Shown here piece by piece: positions 9,806 to 19,542 of a DNA stretch of 64,000 nucleotides. Positions within the stretch are counted from its first letter, which is position 1, and every line of letters begins with the position of its first letter. Made by a program: the position numbers and the translations under genes. The stretch covers positions 2,112,001 to 2,176,000 of the forward strand of contig OZ255721.1 in NCBI GenBank assembly GCA_965277285.1. The letters run 5' to 3'. Below the pieces are notes generated by a model. The model worked only from the letters and a program-made list of their open reading frames with translations, was not told the origin of the DNA and made no database searches. Source of the stretch: Abditibacteriaceae bacterium (GTDB lineage Bacteria > Armatimonadota > Abditibacteriia > Abditibacteriales > Abditibacteriaceae).

Positions 9806-10803
9806 TATTTTTGCTCGCGCAGCCACGCCGCACCACTTTGCACGACATACGCCACGCTATCGATGAACGATTTGTGACGAATGCGAAAGCCCGCCGCTGC
9901 TGCGTGTCCGCCGCCGCCAAATTGAGCGCAAAACAAATCGGCGCGCAGTTCCGTTTCGCAACGCACGCTGACGCTGGCTGTCGGGCCGGTTTCGTCCTGG
10001 CGTTCGCGCAGAATAATCGCCATGCGCGCACCACGCACGTTGCGCAGGAAATTGACGACGTTATCGCTGCCTTCTTCGCCCGCATTCGAGTACTCGAAAT
10101 CGCTTGCCGTGAGCGCCGTCCAGATCAATTGACCGTTTTCTTCGGCTTCCATTTTCTGCAAAGCGATACCCAGCAATTTCGTCGCGCCAAAGCTTTTTTC
10201 ATCGAACAATTTGAAGGCGATTTCTGCGGGTTCGGCGCCCAATTCGACCAGATCGCCCGCCGCGCGCAAAGTGTCCGGCGTCGTGTTGGGAAAGCGAAAA
10301 TTGCCGGTATCGGTCGACATTCCGCACAGCAAACATTGCGCGATGTCGGGCGAAACCGCGACTTGCATTTGCTCGATCAGGCGAAAAATCATCAACGCCG
10401 TGGCGGGCTGATCGGCATCAATCCAGTTGATCTGTGCGTTTGGCTGAGATGTTCGATGATGGTCAATCAGGATGCGAAAGCGCGCGTCCTGGATAAGATG
10501 AAACGGCGCCGCGACGCGATTCGCGGTGCCATCGCAATCGAGAATGAAGACACATTGCGGTTGCGTGGGCGGGTTGGCGACGACGCTTTCCCAATCGGGC
10601 AGAAAGCGACAGGACGGCGGAACAGCATCGGTCGAAACGACCCAAGCGTCTTTGCCTTGCGCTTGCAGCGCCATTTTGAGGGCGAGACCAGAACCAATCG
10701 CATCGCCGTCCGGCCCGACGTGCGCCACAATAAGAAACGTCTGGAAACGTTTTACAGCGTCCAAAATCGCGCTGAAAGGCGGCGTCGCGTACTCGCTCGT
10801 CAT
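9805..10803 (-). CDS. nrnA: DHH/DHHA1 phosphoesterase (nanoRNase/pAp phosphatase)
   Basis: HVGPDGDAIGS, IDHH, DTGNF, GGGGHAAAAG; position between rbfA and truB. Confidence 0.9.
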   Translation of the reverse strand: MTSEYATPPFSAILDAVKRFQTFLIVAHVGPDGDAIGSGLALKMALQAQGKDAWVVSTDAVPPSCRFLPDWESVVANPPTQPQCVFILDCDGTANRVAAPFHLIQDARFRILIDHHRTSQPNAQINWIDADQPATALMIFRLIEQMQVAVSPDIAQCLLCGMSTDTGNFRFPNTTPDTLRAAGDLVELGAEPAEIAFKLFDEKSFGATKLLGIALQKMEAEENGQLIWTALTASDFEYSNAGEEGSDNVVNFLRNVRGARMAIILRERQDETGPTASVSVRCETELRADLFCAQFGGGGHAAAAGFRIRHKSFIDSVAYVVQSGAAWLREQK

Positions 10804-10824
10804 GTCAGGATTCCAAGGAAAGGA

Positions 10825-11235
10825 TTATTTCAGCTTCGACTTGCGCGTTGCTTGTGGCTTGGTCGATAGCTGTGCCGGTTCGTCTTTTTGCAGTTCCGGC
10901 AAACCCGCCAGAATTTCTTCGATGCGCATCGCGCTGTCGGTCGTGTCATCGTAGCGAAACAAGATTTCTGGCACGCTGCGCAGATCAATTTCTTCGCCGA
11001 TGCGCGAGCGCAGGAACGAACCCGCGCGTTCAAACGCCGATTGGGCACGACTTTTCGCGTTGCCATCACCCAAAACGGTATAAAAAACTTTGGCGTTTTG
11101 CAAATCGTGCGACACTTCGCAGCGCGTCACGGTCACAAAACCCAGGCCAGGATCGGACACTTCTTCACGGATAATTTTGGTCGCCGCCGCGCGAATCGCT
11201 TCCGCCGCGCGGTCTGACCGGAAAGTTGTAGACAT
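10825..11235 (-). CDS. rbfA: Ribosome-binding factor A
   Basis: DPGLGFVTVT, DLQNAKVF, LRSVPEILFRYD; synteny with infB. Confidence 0.93.
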   Translation of the reverse strand: MSTTFRSDRAAEAIRAAATKIIREEVSDPGLGFVTVTRCEVSHDLQNAKVFYTVLGDGNAKSRAQSAFERAGSFLRSRIGEEIDLRSVPEILFRYDDTTDSAMRIEEILAGLPELQKDEPAQLSTKPQATRKSKLK

Positions 11236-11249
11236 AGGAAATTGAGTTC

Positions 11250-11326
11250 GCAGGGGCGTCAGCTTGCTGCGCCCGTGTTCGAGTACTCGATTACAAAATG
11301 CGGGCGCAGCAAGCTGACGCCTCTAC
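11250..11326. repeat. GTAG-like REP doublet with TCGAGTACTCGA in the spacer
   Basis: GCAGGGGCGTCAGCTTGCTGCGCCC...GGGCGCAGCAAGCTGACGCCTCTAC. Confidence 0.7.
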
Positions 11327-11333
11327 ATTCTCA

Positions 11334-11615
11334 CTAAATAATTTCGATTCGACATTCCGCGATGTCGCAGCGCAATTCAGTTTCGCTTAAATCGCGCACA
11401 TGATTGAGTACTCGATTCGCTTCGGTGCGGTCGTTGGAAACTACAGCGACCGCCAAAGTCGCGCGATTCCACAAATCGTGATCGTCAATTTGCGCGGCGG
11501 AAACATTAAAACGATTGCGGATTTTATCCAGCATCGAATTGACCACCATGCGCTTTTCTTTCAGCGAATAAGCATCTAAAAGATGCAACTCTAACGTTAA
11601 AACTCCAATGAACAT
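11334..11615 (-). CDS. ylxP: DUF503 family protein
   Basis: SLKEKR...RFNVSAA...DLW motif; between infB and rbfA. Confidence 0.88.
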   Translation of the reverse strand: MFIGVLTLELHLLDAYSLKEKRMVVNSMLDKIRNRFNVSAAQIDDHDLWNRATLAVAVVSNDRTEANRVLNHVRDLSETELRCDIAECRIEII

Positions 11616-11632
11616 TGAAATGTGATTTTGAC

Positions 11633-11718
11633 AACGAACCCAAAGCGTAAGCGACGGGCTTAAGTGAGAGTTTCATGTAACTGCTGCTTAAGCCCGTCGC
11701 TTACGCTTTGGGTTCGTT
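11633..11718. repeat. REP-like palindromic element, family A copy 2
   Basis: Long perfect arms, same family as 2304-2387. Confidence 0.8.
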
Positions 11719-11730
11719 AACTTGAACAAA

Positions 11731-14232
11731 TTATCGACTGCCCGCAGTTTGCGGTGCGCCAACGGTCACAGCTTCGGGACGGCCTTTGCCGATGTCGCGC
11801 TTGATGCTTTCCAAGACGACGCTTTGCAAAATATCGCCTTCCTGGAAGTCGTCAAAGTTCTTGGTCGAAATGCCGCATTCTTGGCCGGCGACCATTTCCT
11901 TAACTTCTTCCTTGTAATGCTTCAAACCATCGACTTTGCCTTCGTGAATTTTCTTGCCACGACGCCAAACGCGCAACGCCGAACCCGTGACGATTTTCCC
12001 GCTCGTCACCAGACAACCGGCAATCGTTCCGGCTTTGGTGCTTTTGAACATCGCACGCACTTCGGCTTCGCCCGCCAAACGCTCTTCAAAAACCGGATCG
12101 AGCATTCCTTCAAGCGCATTTTTCACGTCATCAATCGCCGCGTAAATCACCGAATATTCGCGGATTTCAATGCCTTCGCGGTCGGCCAAACCAACAGCCG
12201 CATTTTCAACTCCGACGTTGAACGCGATGATAATCGCTTCGGATGCGCTCGCCAACATGACATCGTTTTCGGTCACATTGCCCGCGCCACGCGAAAGAAT
12301 GCGAACGCGGACTTCATCGTGCGCCAGTTTTTCCAGGCTCTGGCACATCGCTTCGACCGAACCTTGAACATCGGCTTTCACGATGACGTTGAGGTTTTTC
12401 GTCGCGCCTTTTTGAATCTGCGCGAAGATTTCGTTGAGGGACGCGCGACTGTTGCCAATTACGCGCGCTTCGCGCATTCCCGCATGAGCTTCCTGCGCTT
12501 GTTCGCGCGCAATGCGACTTGATGGCACGACGCGCAAGGTTTCCGAAGCGGCAGGGACAGCCGACAAACCCATCACAGAAACCGGCGTTTTCGGCCCGGC
12601 CTGCTGCAAGTTGTCGCCTTTATAGTCAGTCATGGCGCGCACGCGGCCAAAGACATCGCCGACGACAACATGATCGCCGACGCGCAACGTGCCTTTGTGA
12701 ATCAAAACCGTGGCTACCGGCCCGCGCTGTGTGTCCTGCTGCGCTTCGATGATGGTGCCTTGTGCCGCGCCTTCAGGATTGGCTTTGAGTTCTTGAACTT
12801 CAGCGACCAGCAAAATCATGTCGAGCAAATCTTGAACACCCTGCCCTGTTTTCGCCGAGACGGGAACCACAATCGTGTCGCCGCCGTAATCTTCGGGAAT
12901 CAGTTCCAGCGCGGCCAATTCACCTTTCACGCGGTCGGGATCGGCGCCCGCTTTGTCCATTTTGTTGATGGCGACAATGATCGGGACTTTGGCGGCGCGC
13001 GCGTGTTCGACGGCTTCGCGCGTCTGCGGCATCACGCCGTCATCCGCCGCGACAACGAGTACGGCGATGTCGGTGACGTGAGCGCCGCGCGCGCGCATCC
13101 GCGTAAACGCTTCGTGGCCCGGCGTATCCAAAAACACGATGCGCTCGCCGTTGTGCTCGGTTTCATAAGCGCCGATGCGCTGCGTGATGCCGCCCGCTTC
13201 GCCGCTTTGCACGTTCGCACTGCGGATGATGTCGAGCAAAGAAGTTTTGCCGTGATCGACGTGACCCATAATTGTCACGACGGGCGCGGCGGGAAGCAAA
13301 CCTTCCTGATTTTCATCAGTGATGTGCGTTTCGGTGCGCGCCGTTTCAACTTCGGTCGCAAAACCAAACTGCGACGCGAGTTGTCCCGCGACATCGGAAC
13401 TAATCGTCTGGTTGCCCGCGCGAATCACGCTCATCGCAAACAATTTTTTGATGAGCGCCGAAACCGGCTGTCCCAGTTTTTCCGCCAACTCCGCGACGGT
13501 AATTTCCGGCGGCAAAGCGATGGTCTTGCCAGCGCCCGCCTTTGACTGCGAGCTTTCGGTTTCCGCGCGAAAATCGCGGTCGCCAAAGCGCGGGCCGTCC
13601 GGCGTGCGGCTGTTGCGGAAATCACGGCGATTGCCACGCCCAAAACGTCCGCGCGTTTGAATCTGCTGCGCGGGTGCAGCAGGCGCGCCATTGGTTCCTG
13701 CTGTAGGAGCCGCGGTTCCGTTGGTCGGCGCGCCGCCATCCGGCTTCAACATATTGGGCGGAATCACAATCGCCGGACGATTAACAGGCGGCGTTGGCGG
13801 CATCGGTGCGGGACGGCTTTCCGGTGCGTTTCGAGTACTCGATTGTAGCGCGTTGCCGCGTGCCGCATCGCTGCGCGCACCAGGGCCGCTTTTGGCCGGG
13901 CCTTGCGTGATGATGTTCTCATCCGGCGCCACATAATCGCGATAATCTTCGATCACGTCCGAGGAAACATCGGCGGGCGCATCGCTTCCAGACGAACGCG
14001 TGCCGCGCCGGAAGTTCTGAAACGCGGCGGGAGCCGTCGCCACGACAGGTTCTTCGCGCGGCTGCGGATTGTTCTTATTTTCGATCATTTGCCGCAATGA
14101 ACGCGCGGCGGTATCTTCAATCGAAGACGACGGAACTTTGCCCGTCACGCCAATCGTTTGCAGCAAATCCAGCAATTCTTTTGGTTGAACCTGCAATTCT
14201 TTCGCAAGATCATAAACCCGCATTTTTGCCAT
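11731..14232 (-). CDS. infB: Translation initiation factor IF-2
   Basis: [37 protein letters not shown]. Confidence 0.97.
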   Translation of the reverse strand: MAKMRVYDLAKELQVQPKELLDLLQTIGVTGKVPSSSIEDTAARSLRQMIENKNNPQPREEPVVATAPAAFQNFRRGTRSSGSDAPADVSSDVIEDYRDYVAPDENIITQGPAKSGPGARSDAARGNALQSSTRNAPESRPAPMPPTPPVNRPAIVIPPNMLKPDGGAPTNGTAAPTAGTNGAPAAPAQQIQTRGRFGRGNRRDFRNSRTPDGPRFGDRDFRAETESSQSKAGAGKTIALPPEITVAELAEKLGQPVSALIKKLFAMSVIRAGNQTISSDVAGQLASQFGFATEVETARTETHITDENQEGLLPAAPVVTIMGHVDHGKTSLLDIIRSANVQSGEAGGITQRIGAYETEHNGERIVFLDTPGHEAFTRMRARGAHVTDIAVLVVAADDGVMPQTREAVEHARAAKVPIIVAINKMDKAGADPDRVKGELAALELIPEDYGGDTIVVPVSAKTGQGVQDLLDMILLVAEVQELKANPEGAAQGTIIEAQQDTQRGPVATVLIHKGTLRVGDHVVVGDVFGRVRAMTDYKGDNLQQAGPKTPVSVMGLSAVPAASETLRVVPSSRIAREQAQEAHAGMREARVIGNSRASLNEIFAQIQKGATKNLNVIVKADVQGSVEAMCQSLEKLAHDEVRVRILSRGAGNVTENDVMLASASEAIIIAFNVGVENAAVGLADREGIEIREYSVIYAAIDDVKNALEGMLDPVFEERLAGEAEVRAMFKSTKAGTIAGCLVTSGKIVTGSALRVWRRGKKIHEGKVDGLKHYKEEVKEMVAGQECGISTKNFDDFQEGDILQSVVLESIKRDIGKGRPEAVTVGAPQTAGSR

Positions 14233-14279
14233 ACACAACACCTTCTTCCTCAGAAAACCTTGATCGAGTACTCAATTGC

Positions 14280-14582
14280 TCATCGGTTTTCTCCGTTATT
14301 ATTTAATTCAATGACGCGCGCAATTTCGTCTTTGGCCGCGCTCGATAAGCCGCACTTCAACTTCAAACTGCGCTCCAGCGCCTTCTTACCAACCGCGCGC
14401 TCCAGACACTTTTTGTCCGCGCACAAATACGCGCCGCGCCCTTCGCCCTTTCGTCTCGTCTTTGGTTCATCGACAACCGGCGCCGCACCATCTTTGGAAG
14501 CAATTCGCAACAACTTTTGCGGCGCCATTTTCTTGCCGCAAGCCAGACAAGTGCGAATAGGAACGTGCGTTTGATGGGACAT
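14280..14582 (-). CDS. ylxR: YlxR/DUF448 RNA-binding protein
   Basis: HVPIRTCLACG, LLRI, GRGAYLC; the ORF-track N-terminal extension lies in a REP. Confidence 0.9.
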   Translation of the reverse strand: MSHQTHVPIRTCLACGKKMAPQKLLRIASKDGAAPVVDEPKTRRKGEGRGAYLCADKKCLERAVGKKALERSLKLKCGLSSAAKDEIARVIELNNNGENR

Positions 14583-14591
14583 CGGAACCTC

Positions 14592-14667
14592 GTAGGGGCA
14601 ACCCTTGTGGTTGCCCTTTGTGAAGACGGAGACAACGCGCGAGGGCAACCACAAGGGTTGCCCCTAC
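14592..14667. repeat. GTAG-type REP doublet
   Basis: GTAGGGGCAACCCTTGTGGTTGCCCT...AGGGCAACCACAAGGGTTGCCCCTAC. Confidence 0.8.
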
Positions 14668-14670
14668 GGT

Positions 14671-16092
14671 TTACGCACTCGCCGAATCCGCCGCCGCAAT
14701 ATCGCTCACTTCACCAACATTTTCCGTACTCGATTCGCCTTCAATGCCAATTGGCAAGGCATCGGCCTCGCTTTCGACCGGAAACATTTCCACATCACCA
14801 ATCGGAGAAGCGGTTCCGGCATCAACCTGCAACGTGTTAACGGCAAGCGGTTCAACCGCCGTTTCAGTACTCGATTCGCTTTCATCCGCTACGTCAGTGG
14901 CAAAAATACCCGCCGTTTCATCGGGCGAATGGCGCACCGTGACGGACGTGGGCGGCAAAATATCGCCCGCGAACATCCGCTTCGCCTGCTCTTCGGCGTA
15001 TTGCTTTTCGGTGCGAATGTCAATGCGCCAATCGGTCAGTTTGGCGGCCAAACGCACGTTTTGGCCTTGCTTGCCAATCGCCAAAGATTGCTGATCTTCG
15101 GCGACAATGACGGTCGCGGTGCCTTTTTCCTTGCCTTCAGCGACTTCGCCGGTTTTCTCCAACAAAATCACTTTGGCGATTTGCGCGGGCGACAGCGCGT
15201 TGGAAATGAACTGAATCGCGTCGTTGCTCCAGCGCACGATGTCAACTTTTTCGTTGCCCAGTTCGCCGACGACTTTGCCGACGCGCATTCCTCGCGGCCC
15301 GACGCACGCGCCGACCGGATCAACATCGGGATTATTTGCTGAAACCGCGATTTTTGTGCGCTGTCCGGCTTCACGCGCCACCGCTTTCAGTTCGACGATG
15401 CCATCCGCGATTTCCGGCACTTCCAGCACGAACAATTGGCGCACCAAATTGGGATGCGTGCGCGAAACCGTGATGCTCGGGCCGCGAAAGCCAGAACGCA
15501 CTTCGACGACGTAAAGGTAAATCGAATCGCCCGTCCGATAGTTTTCGCCTTGAACCTGCTCGCGTCGCGGCAAAATCGCTTCGGCCTTGCCAATTCCCAC
15601 CACGACGTTGCCGCGCTCGGTGCGCAAAACCTGGCCGCGATAAATCTTATCGGAACGATCGGCGAACTCGGAAGCGACTTGAACGCGTTCGGCTTCCCGC
15701 AGTTTTTGCAACAAAACCTGTTTGGCCGTTTGCGCCGCGATGCGACCAAAGCCCGAAGGCGTCACTTCGACTTCAATCGAGTCGCCCAAGTTACTGTCGG
15801 GATCAATGCCGCGCGCTTCGCGCCACGCGACTTCGGTATTCGGGTTGAGCGCGTTTTGCACGACCAGTTTTTGCGCATAAACGCGGAACTCGCCGCTTGC
15901 AAAATCGGCCTTGACGCGAACGGCGCCGGTTCCGCCATAGGCTTTTTTGTACGCCGAAACCAGCGCGCCTTCGATGCTGCCGACCAGGGCTTCAATCGGA
16001 ATGCTCTTCTCATCCGACACGCGCTGAAGAGCTTCCAGCAGTTCCGAATGCACTTCGGCTTCGCTGCGCACAGGTTTTGTTTTCGTCGCCAT
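14671..16092 (-). CDS. nusA: Transcription termination factor NusA
   Basis: FGRIAAQTAKQV, SRTHP, AREAGQRTK, LAIGKQGQNVRLAAKLT. Confidence 0.97.
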   Translation of the reverse strand: MATKTKPVRSEAEVHSELLEALQRVSDEKSIPIEALVGSIEGALVSAYKKAYGGTGAVRVKADFASGEFRVYAQKLVVQNALNPNTEVAWREARGIDPDSNLGDSIEVEVTPSGFGRIAAQTAKQVLLQKLREAERVQVASEFADRSDKIYRGQVLRTERGNVVVGIGKAEAILPRREQVQGENYRTGDSIYLYVVEVRSGFRGPSITVSRTHPNLVRQLFVLEVPEIADGIVELKAVAREAGQRTKIAVSANNPDVDPVGACVGPRGMRVGKVVGELGNEKVDIVRWSNDAIQFISNALSPAQIAKVILLEKTGEVAEGKEKGTATVIVAEDQQSLAIGKQGQNVRLAAKLTDWRIDIRTEKQYAEEQAKRMFAGDILPPTSVTVRHSPDETAGIFATDVADESESSTETAVEPLAVNTLQVDAGTASPIGDVEMFPVESEADALPIGIEGESSTENVGEVSDIAAADSASA

Positions 16093-16181
16093 CGCTTATT
16101 TTCTCCGCTTTCAGAAACCACTTCGGGAACAACTGGGAACAACTTTAGAAACACGAACGAAACGTGGACACGGCAAACAGA

Positions 16182-16219
16182 CAAAAAGAAAAGCGGGTCG
16201 CGTGGCGCCCACTTTCTTC
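16182..16219 (-). promoter_or_regulatory. rimP-leader-like terminator hairpin upstream of nusA
   Basis: Minus strand AAGAAAGTGGG-CGCCACGCGA-CCCGCTTTTCTTTTT. Confidence 0.6.
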
Positions 16220-16437
16220 GGAGTCGTTCGCCAGATTGTCTCCGTCTCGCCAACAAAAAATTATACATGATTTTCGCCGCAACTTCAATGTACAGTGCGA
16301 AGACCCGCAATCGAGTACTCGATAATGCGCTTTTGTTCGGTTTACAGCTTCGCAGGGCAATTGCAACCCGCACCACTGGTTAATAATTCTTTCATTGAGT
16401 TGTCACGTCTTTGTTACGAACCTGTTAAAATAAAGCT

Positions 16438-17649
16438 ATGAAAATAGCTCCTAAAATCGGTTCCGCAGCGCTGCTCGTTGCTTTGCTATCGACTGGGTCA
16501 GGATCAGCCCGCGCCAACTACATGGCTAAGGCCGAAACGCAGACAGACTGGATTCAAAGCTACTACTTCGACGCGCAAGCTAACCTTTATCGCCCTACGT
16601 TTCCGGCTCCCACTTCGGGCTTGCCCTATGAAGTCACATGGGGCAATGGCGTGCAGTTCTCGGCTTTGGTCGGCGCCACGCGCTACAAACCGGCCAAGTA
16701 CAAGCCTCTTCTGTATGCGTTCAGCAAGGGAATTTATAAATATTGGGACCATTGGGCTGCCATTCCTGGCTTCGACGCCTGGTTCTCATCGCCTGGCAAC
16801 TCCGACAAATACTACGACGACAACGCCTGGCTCACTTTGGGCTTTACCGAAGCCTATCGCGTGACGAAAGACGCCAGTTTTCTGACATGGGCAAAACAAG
16901 TACATCATTTCGTGCTGAGCGGCCAGGACGACAAGCTGGGCGGCGGCATTTATTGGTATCAAAAAACGCGCGATTCAAAGAACACTTGCATCAACGCGCC
17001 TGCGGCAGTTGGCGCCCTGGCGCTTTACGATTTGGGCGATAAATCGCAACTCACAGAAGCGCAACAGCTCGTGACCTGGACGAACTCGAAGCTGCAAGAC
17101 CCGACCGATGGCCTGTTTTGGGACAACATCAACCTGAACGGGCAGATCGGTAAAATGAAGTGGACCTATAACACGGCCTTGATGATTCGCGCCAATGTCG
17201 GGCTGTGGCGCGATACGAAGAACCCGAAATACTTGGCCGATGCGCGGCGCGAGGGCGATTCCTCACTGACATATTTTGTTGATCCTGAGACTGGAGCCTT
17301 CAAGGACGGTGCGAAATTCAACCACTTGCTGAGCGAATCGTTGATCGTTTTGTACGAAGCTACGCACGACCTCAAGTACTTGAACGCAGTGCGACGTGAC
17401 GCCGATTATGGCTACCGCTACGTGCGCGACCCAAAGGGCGGTTATTGGAACGATTGGAAGAATCAACCGCACGCCGCTGATGAGAAAAAAGCGGTCATCG
17501 AAAACGCGAGCGTGGCGCGCTTGCTATGGTTGCTGGCTCCTTATTCCGATGTCGAGGAACTCACCGCCCAGGCGAAAGCGGCAGAAGCCCGACAAGACTG
17601 GAAAACCGCCAGCGGCCTGTGGCGCCAAGCCGTCGAAAGCACCAGCTAA
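16438..17649 (+). CDS. Glycoside hydrolase family 76, secreted
   Basis: Signal peptide; YYDDNAW, GGGIYW, SKNTCINAP, WTYN motifs. Confidence 0.85.
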   Translation: MKIAPKIGSAALLVALLSTGSGSARANYMAKAETQTDWIQSYYFDAQANLYRPTFPAPTSGLPYEVTWGNGVQFSALVGATRYKPAKYKPLLYAFSKGIYKYWDHWAAIPGFDAWFSSPGNSDKYYDDNAWLTLGFTEAYRVTKDASFLTWAKQVHHFVLSGQDDKLGGGIYWYQKTRDSKNTCINAPAAVGALALYDLGDKSQLTEAQQLVTWTNSKLQDPTDGLFWDNINLNGQIGKMKWTYNTALMIRANVGLWRDTKNPKYLADARREGDSSLTYFVDPETGAFKDGAKFNHLLSESLIVLYEATHDLKYLNAVRRDADYGYRYVRDPKGGYWNDWKNQPHAADEKKAVIENASVARLLWLLAPYSDVEELTAQAKAAEARQDWKTASGLWRQAVESTS

Positions 17650-17692
17650 ACACGAAGTTTGAAGTCGCGTCGCTATTTGCAACGTAAGCTTT

Positions 17693-17746
17693 ACAAACCA
17701 AAACGCGCCAGCACTTATGCATAAGTGCTGGCGCGTTTTGGTTTGT
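17693..17746. terminator. 54-bp perfect palindrome, probable bidirectional terminator
   Basis: ACAAACCAAAACGCGCCAGCACTTATG|CATAAGTGCTGGCGCGTTTTGGTTTGT between convergent genes. Confidence 0.7.
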
Positions 17747-17912
17747 GCGACTTCTTTTGAAACCTCATCTTGCGCAAGTTCTAAACAAGTATTACCCGAC
17801 ACAATGCCTAATGGAGATTATCGAGTACTCGATTGAGCCGTGTCCTACGTCAAATCACTATCAACAAGCAATTTTCCTGAAGTGGCATCGAGAACGTGCA
17901 GTTCTGTTGGTT

Positions 17913-18308
17913 TTAAGACGACGATTTTGCGTCCGTCGGGAGTTGGCAACAAAGCCGGGCCGTAATGGAGCCAACTAAGTCTCTTTTCGCATCTGTTACA
18001 AAGACAACTTGCCCGTCGGTACGAAAAAATACATCGTAGATCTTCGTTTTCGTCTCCATCTTAGAGAGAAGCGCCCCTCTTTTAAGATCTCGAATCTGGA
18101 CAACATAAACGGATTTGGCGCCATTTGAAACAGTAAAAACAACTTTTCGGCTGTCTCGAGAAATAGCCCAAACCTCTTTGATTTCTTCGGAAGTATTGAG
18201 GAAGTCGCGCGGTTTCCTGCTCTGTGTATTGCCACTTAATTGACAACCCAAACCCAAAGTAAGAACAGTGATGCAAAACGTGCAACCGCGAAGTTTGCTC
18301 AAGAACAT
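17913..18308 (-). CDS. Hypothetical protein, possible lipoprotein
   Basis: Hydrophobic N-terminus ending LGC; directly downstream of queG. Confidence 0.4.
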   Translation of the reverse strand: MFLSKLRGCTFCITVLTLGLGCQLSGNTQSRKPRDFLNTSEEIKEVWAISRDSRKVVFTVSNGAKSVYVVQIRDLKRGALLSKMETKTKIYDVFFRTDGQVVFVTDAKRDLVGSITARLCCQLPTDAKSSS

Positions 18309-18332
18309 TGTTGTCTCAGTCTGGCAATTGGA

Positions 18333-19289
18333 TTATCGAGTACTCGAACGACGATTCTTCAACACATTCAACGCATTGCGTTTGAGGCCACGACGCTTGG
18401 CGCGTTTGAGCGGGCTGCCTTTCAATTTCGGCGAAAGTTCGGTTTGCGGCGACAGCAACATTTCCAGCAAAGTCGGCACTTCTCCGCGCGTCCAAAGTTC
18501 GGGTTCGTCGCTGTATGTCGCACTTTTGCGGTTCCACGGACAAACTTCCTGGCAGACGTCGCAACCGAAAAGCCAGTCGCCGAATTGTTCGCGCAATTCC
18601 TGCGGCGCGCGTTCGCGGTTTTCAATGGTGTGATAGGAAATGCACTTGTTGGCGTTCAAAACATAGGGCGCTTCAAAGGCGTTCGTCGGGCACGCATCCA
18701 GACAGCGCGTGCAACTTCCGCAGAATTGCTCGATGTGCGGACGATCCGGCGGCAATTTCACGCTCAGCAAAATCTCGCCCAGCAGAAAATACGAACCCAA
18801 GTCGCGCGACAAAATCATGGTATTTTTGCCGACCCAGCCCAGTCCCGCACGCTGCGCCAATTCGCGTTCTAAGATCGGGCCAGTATCGACGTAAACGCGA
18901 CCTTCGCACGGCGTTTGTTCCCCAATCCACACTAAAAGTTCGCGCAAACGAGCCGTCATAAACTCGTGATAATCGGTTCCTCGCGCGTAACGGGCGACTT
19001 TGCCATGCGTGGTTTCGTCCCAATCTTCGTTCGTGCGATAGTGCATCGCCACGCAAACGACGCTTTGCGCGCTTTCGAGTACTCGATTGACGCTTTGGCG
19101 TTTCTCCACAACATCTTCGCGCGCGATCCATTTCATGCCCGCAAAAAAACCTTCGGCCAGCCACCGCAAATAATGCGTATGGCTGGCCGAAGGCGCGACA
19201 TCCGCGATTCCGCACGCCGCAAAACCTAATTCTGCGGCGCGAATTTTAATTGCTCGCGCCAGTTCTTCTACAGACTTCGTTTCCGACAT
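18333..19289 (-). CDS. queG: Epoxyqueuosine reductase
   Basis: ARYARGTDYH, VDTGPILER, CGSCTRCLDACPT, FGCDVCQEVCPWN. Confidence 0.95.
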   Translation of the reverse strand: MSETKSVEELARAIKIRAAELGFAACGIADVAPSASHTHYLRWLAEGFFAGMKWIAREDVVEKRQSVNRVLESAQSVVCVAMHYRTNEDWDETTHGKVARYARGTDYHEFMTARLRELLVWIGEQTPCEGRVYVDTGPILERELAQRAGLGWVGKNTMILSRDLGSYFLLGEILLSVKLPPDRPHIEQFCGSCTRCLDACPTNAFEAPYVLNANKCISYHTIENRERAPQELREQFGDWLFGCDVCQEVCPWNRKSATYSDEPELWTRGEVPTLLEMLLSPQTELSPKLKGSPLKRAKRRGLKRNALNVLKNRRSSTR

Positions 19290-19542
19290 AATTCATTTCA
19301 GACGGCGGGTTCGCGCTCTTTTCAATCGGCCAACGCGCGAACTCGATTGAAGAAAGCACAAGCTCCGCCTTAAAATTGTTGGATAAAGTCGAAGTAAATT
19401 TAGCAAACTCGCAGTTTGTCATCCTGAAAGGATTTGGAGAAAGTGGGAGAAGCGCCATCAAAATTACTACTTTGTCATTCTGAGTGCTTCACCGACTTTC
19501 ATCACGCACTCTCATCAAAACGGTCGCGGTTGCGGAAAGTCT

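Noticed and set aside
6418..16383. Long plus-strand ORFs (6418-7521, 9811-10869, 11722-12522, 12670-13545, 15436-16383)
   Set aside because: Antisense shadows of well-supported housekeeping genes, with no recognisable motifs
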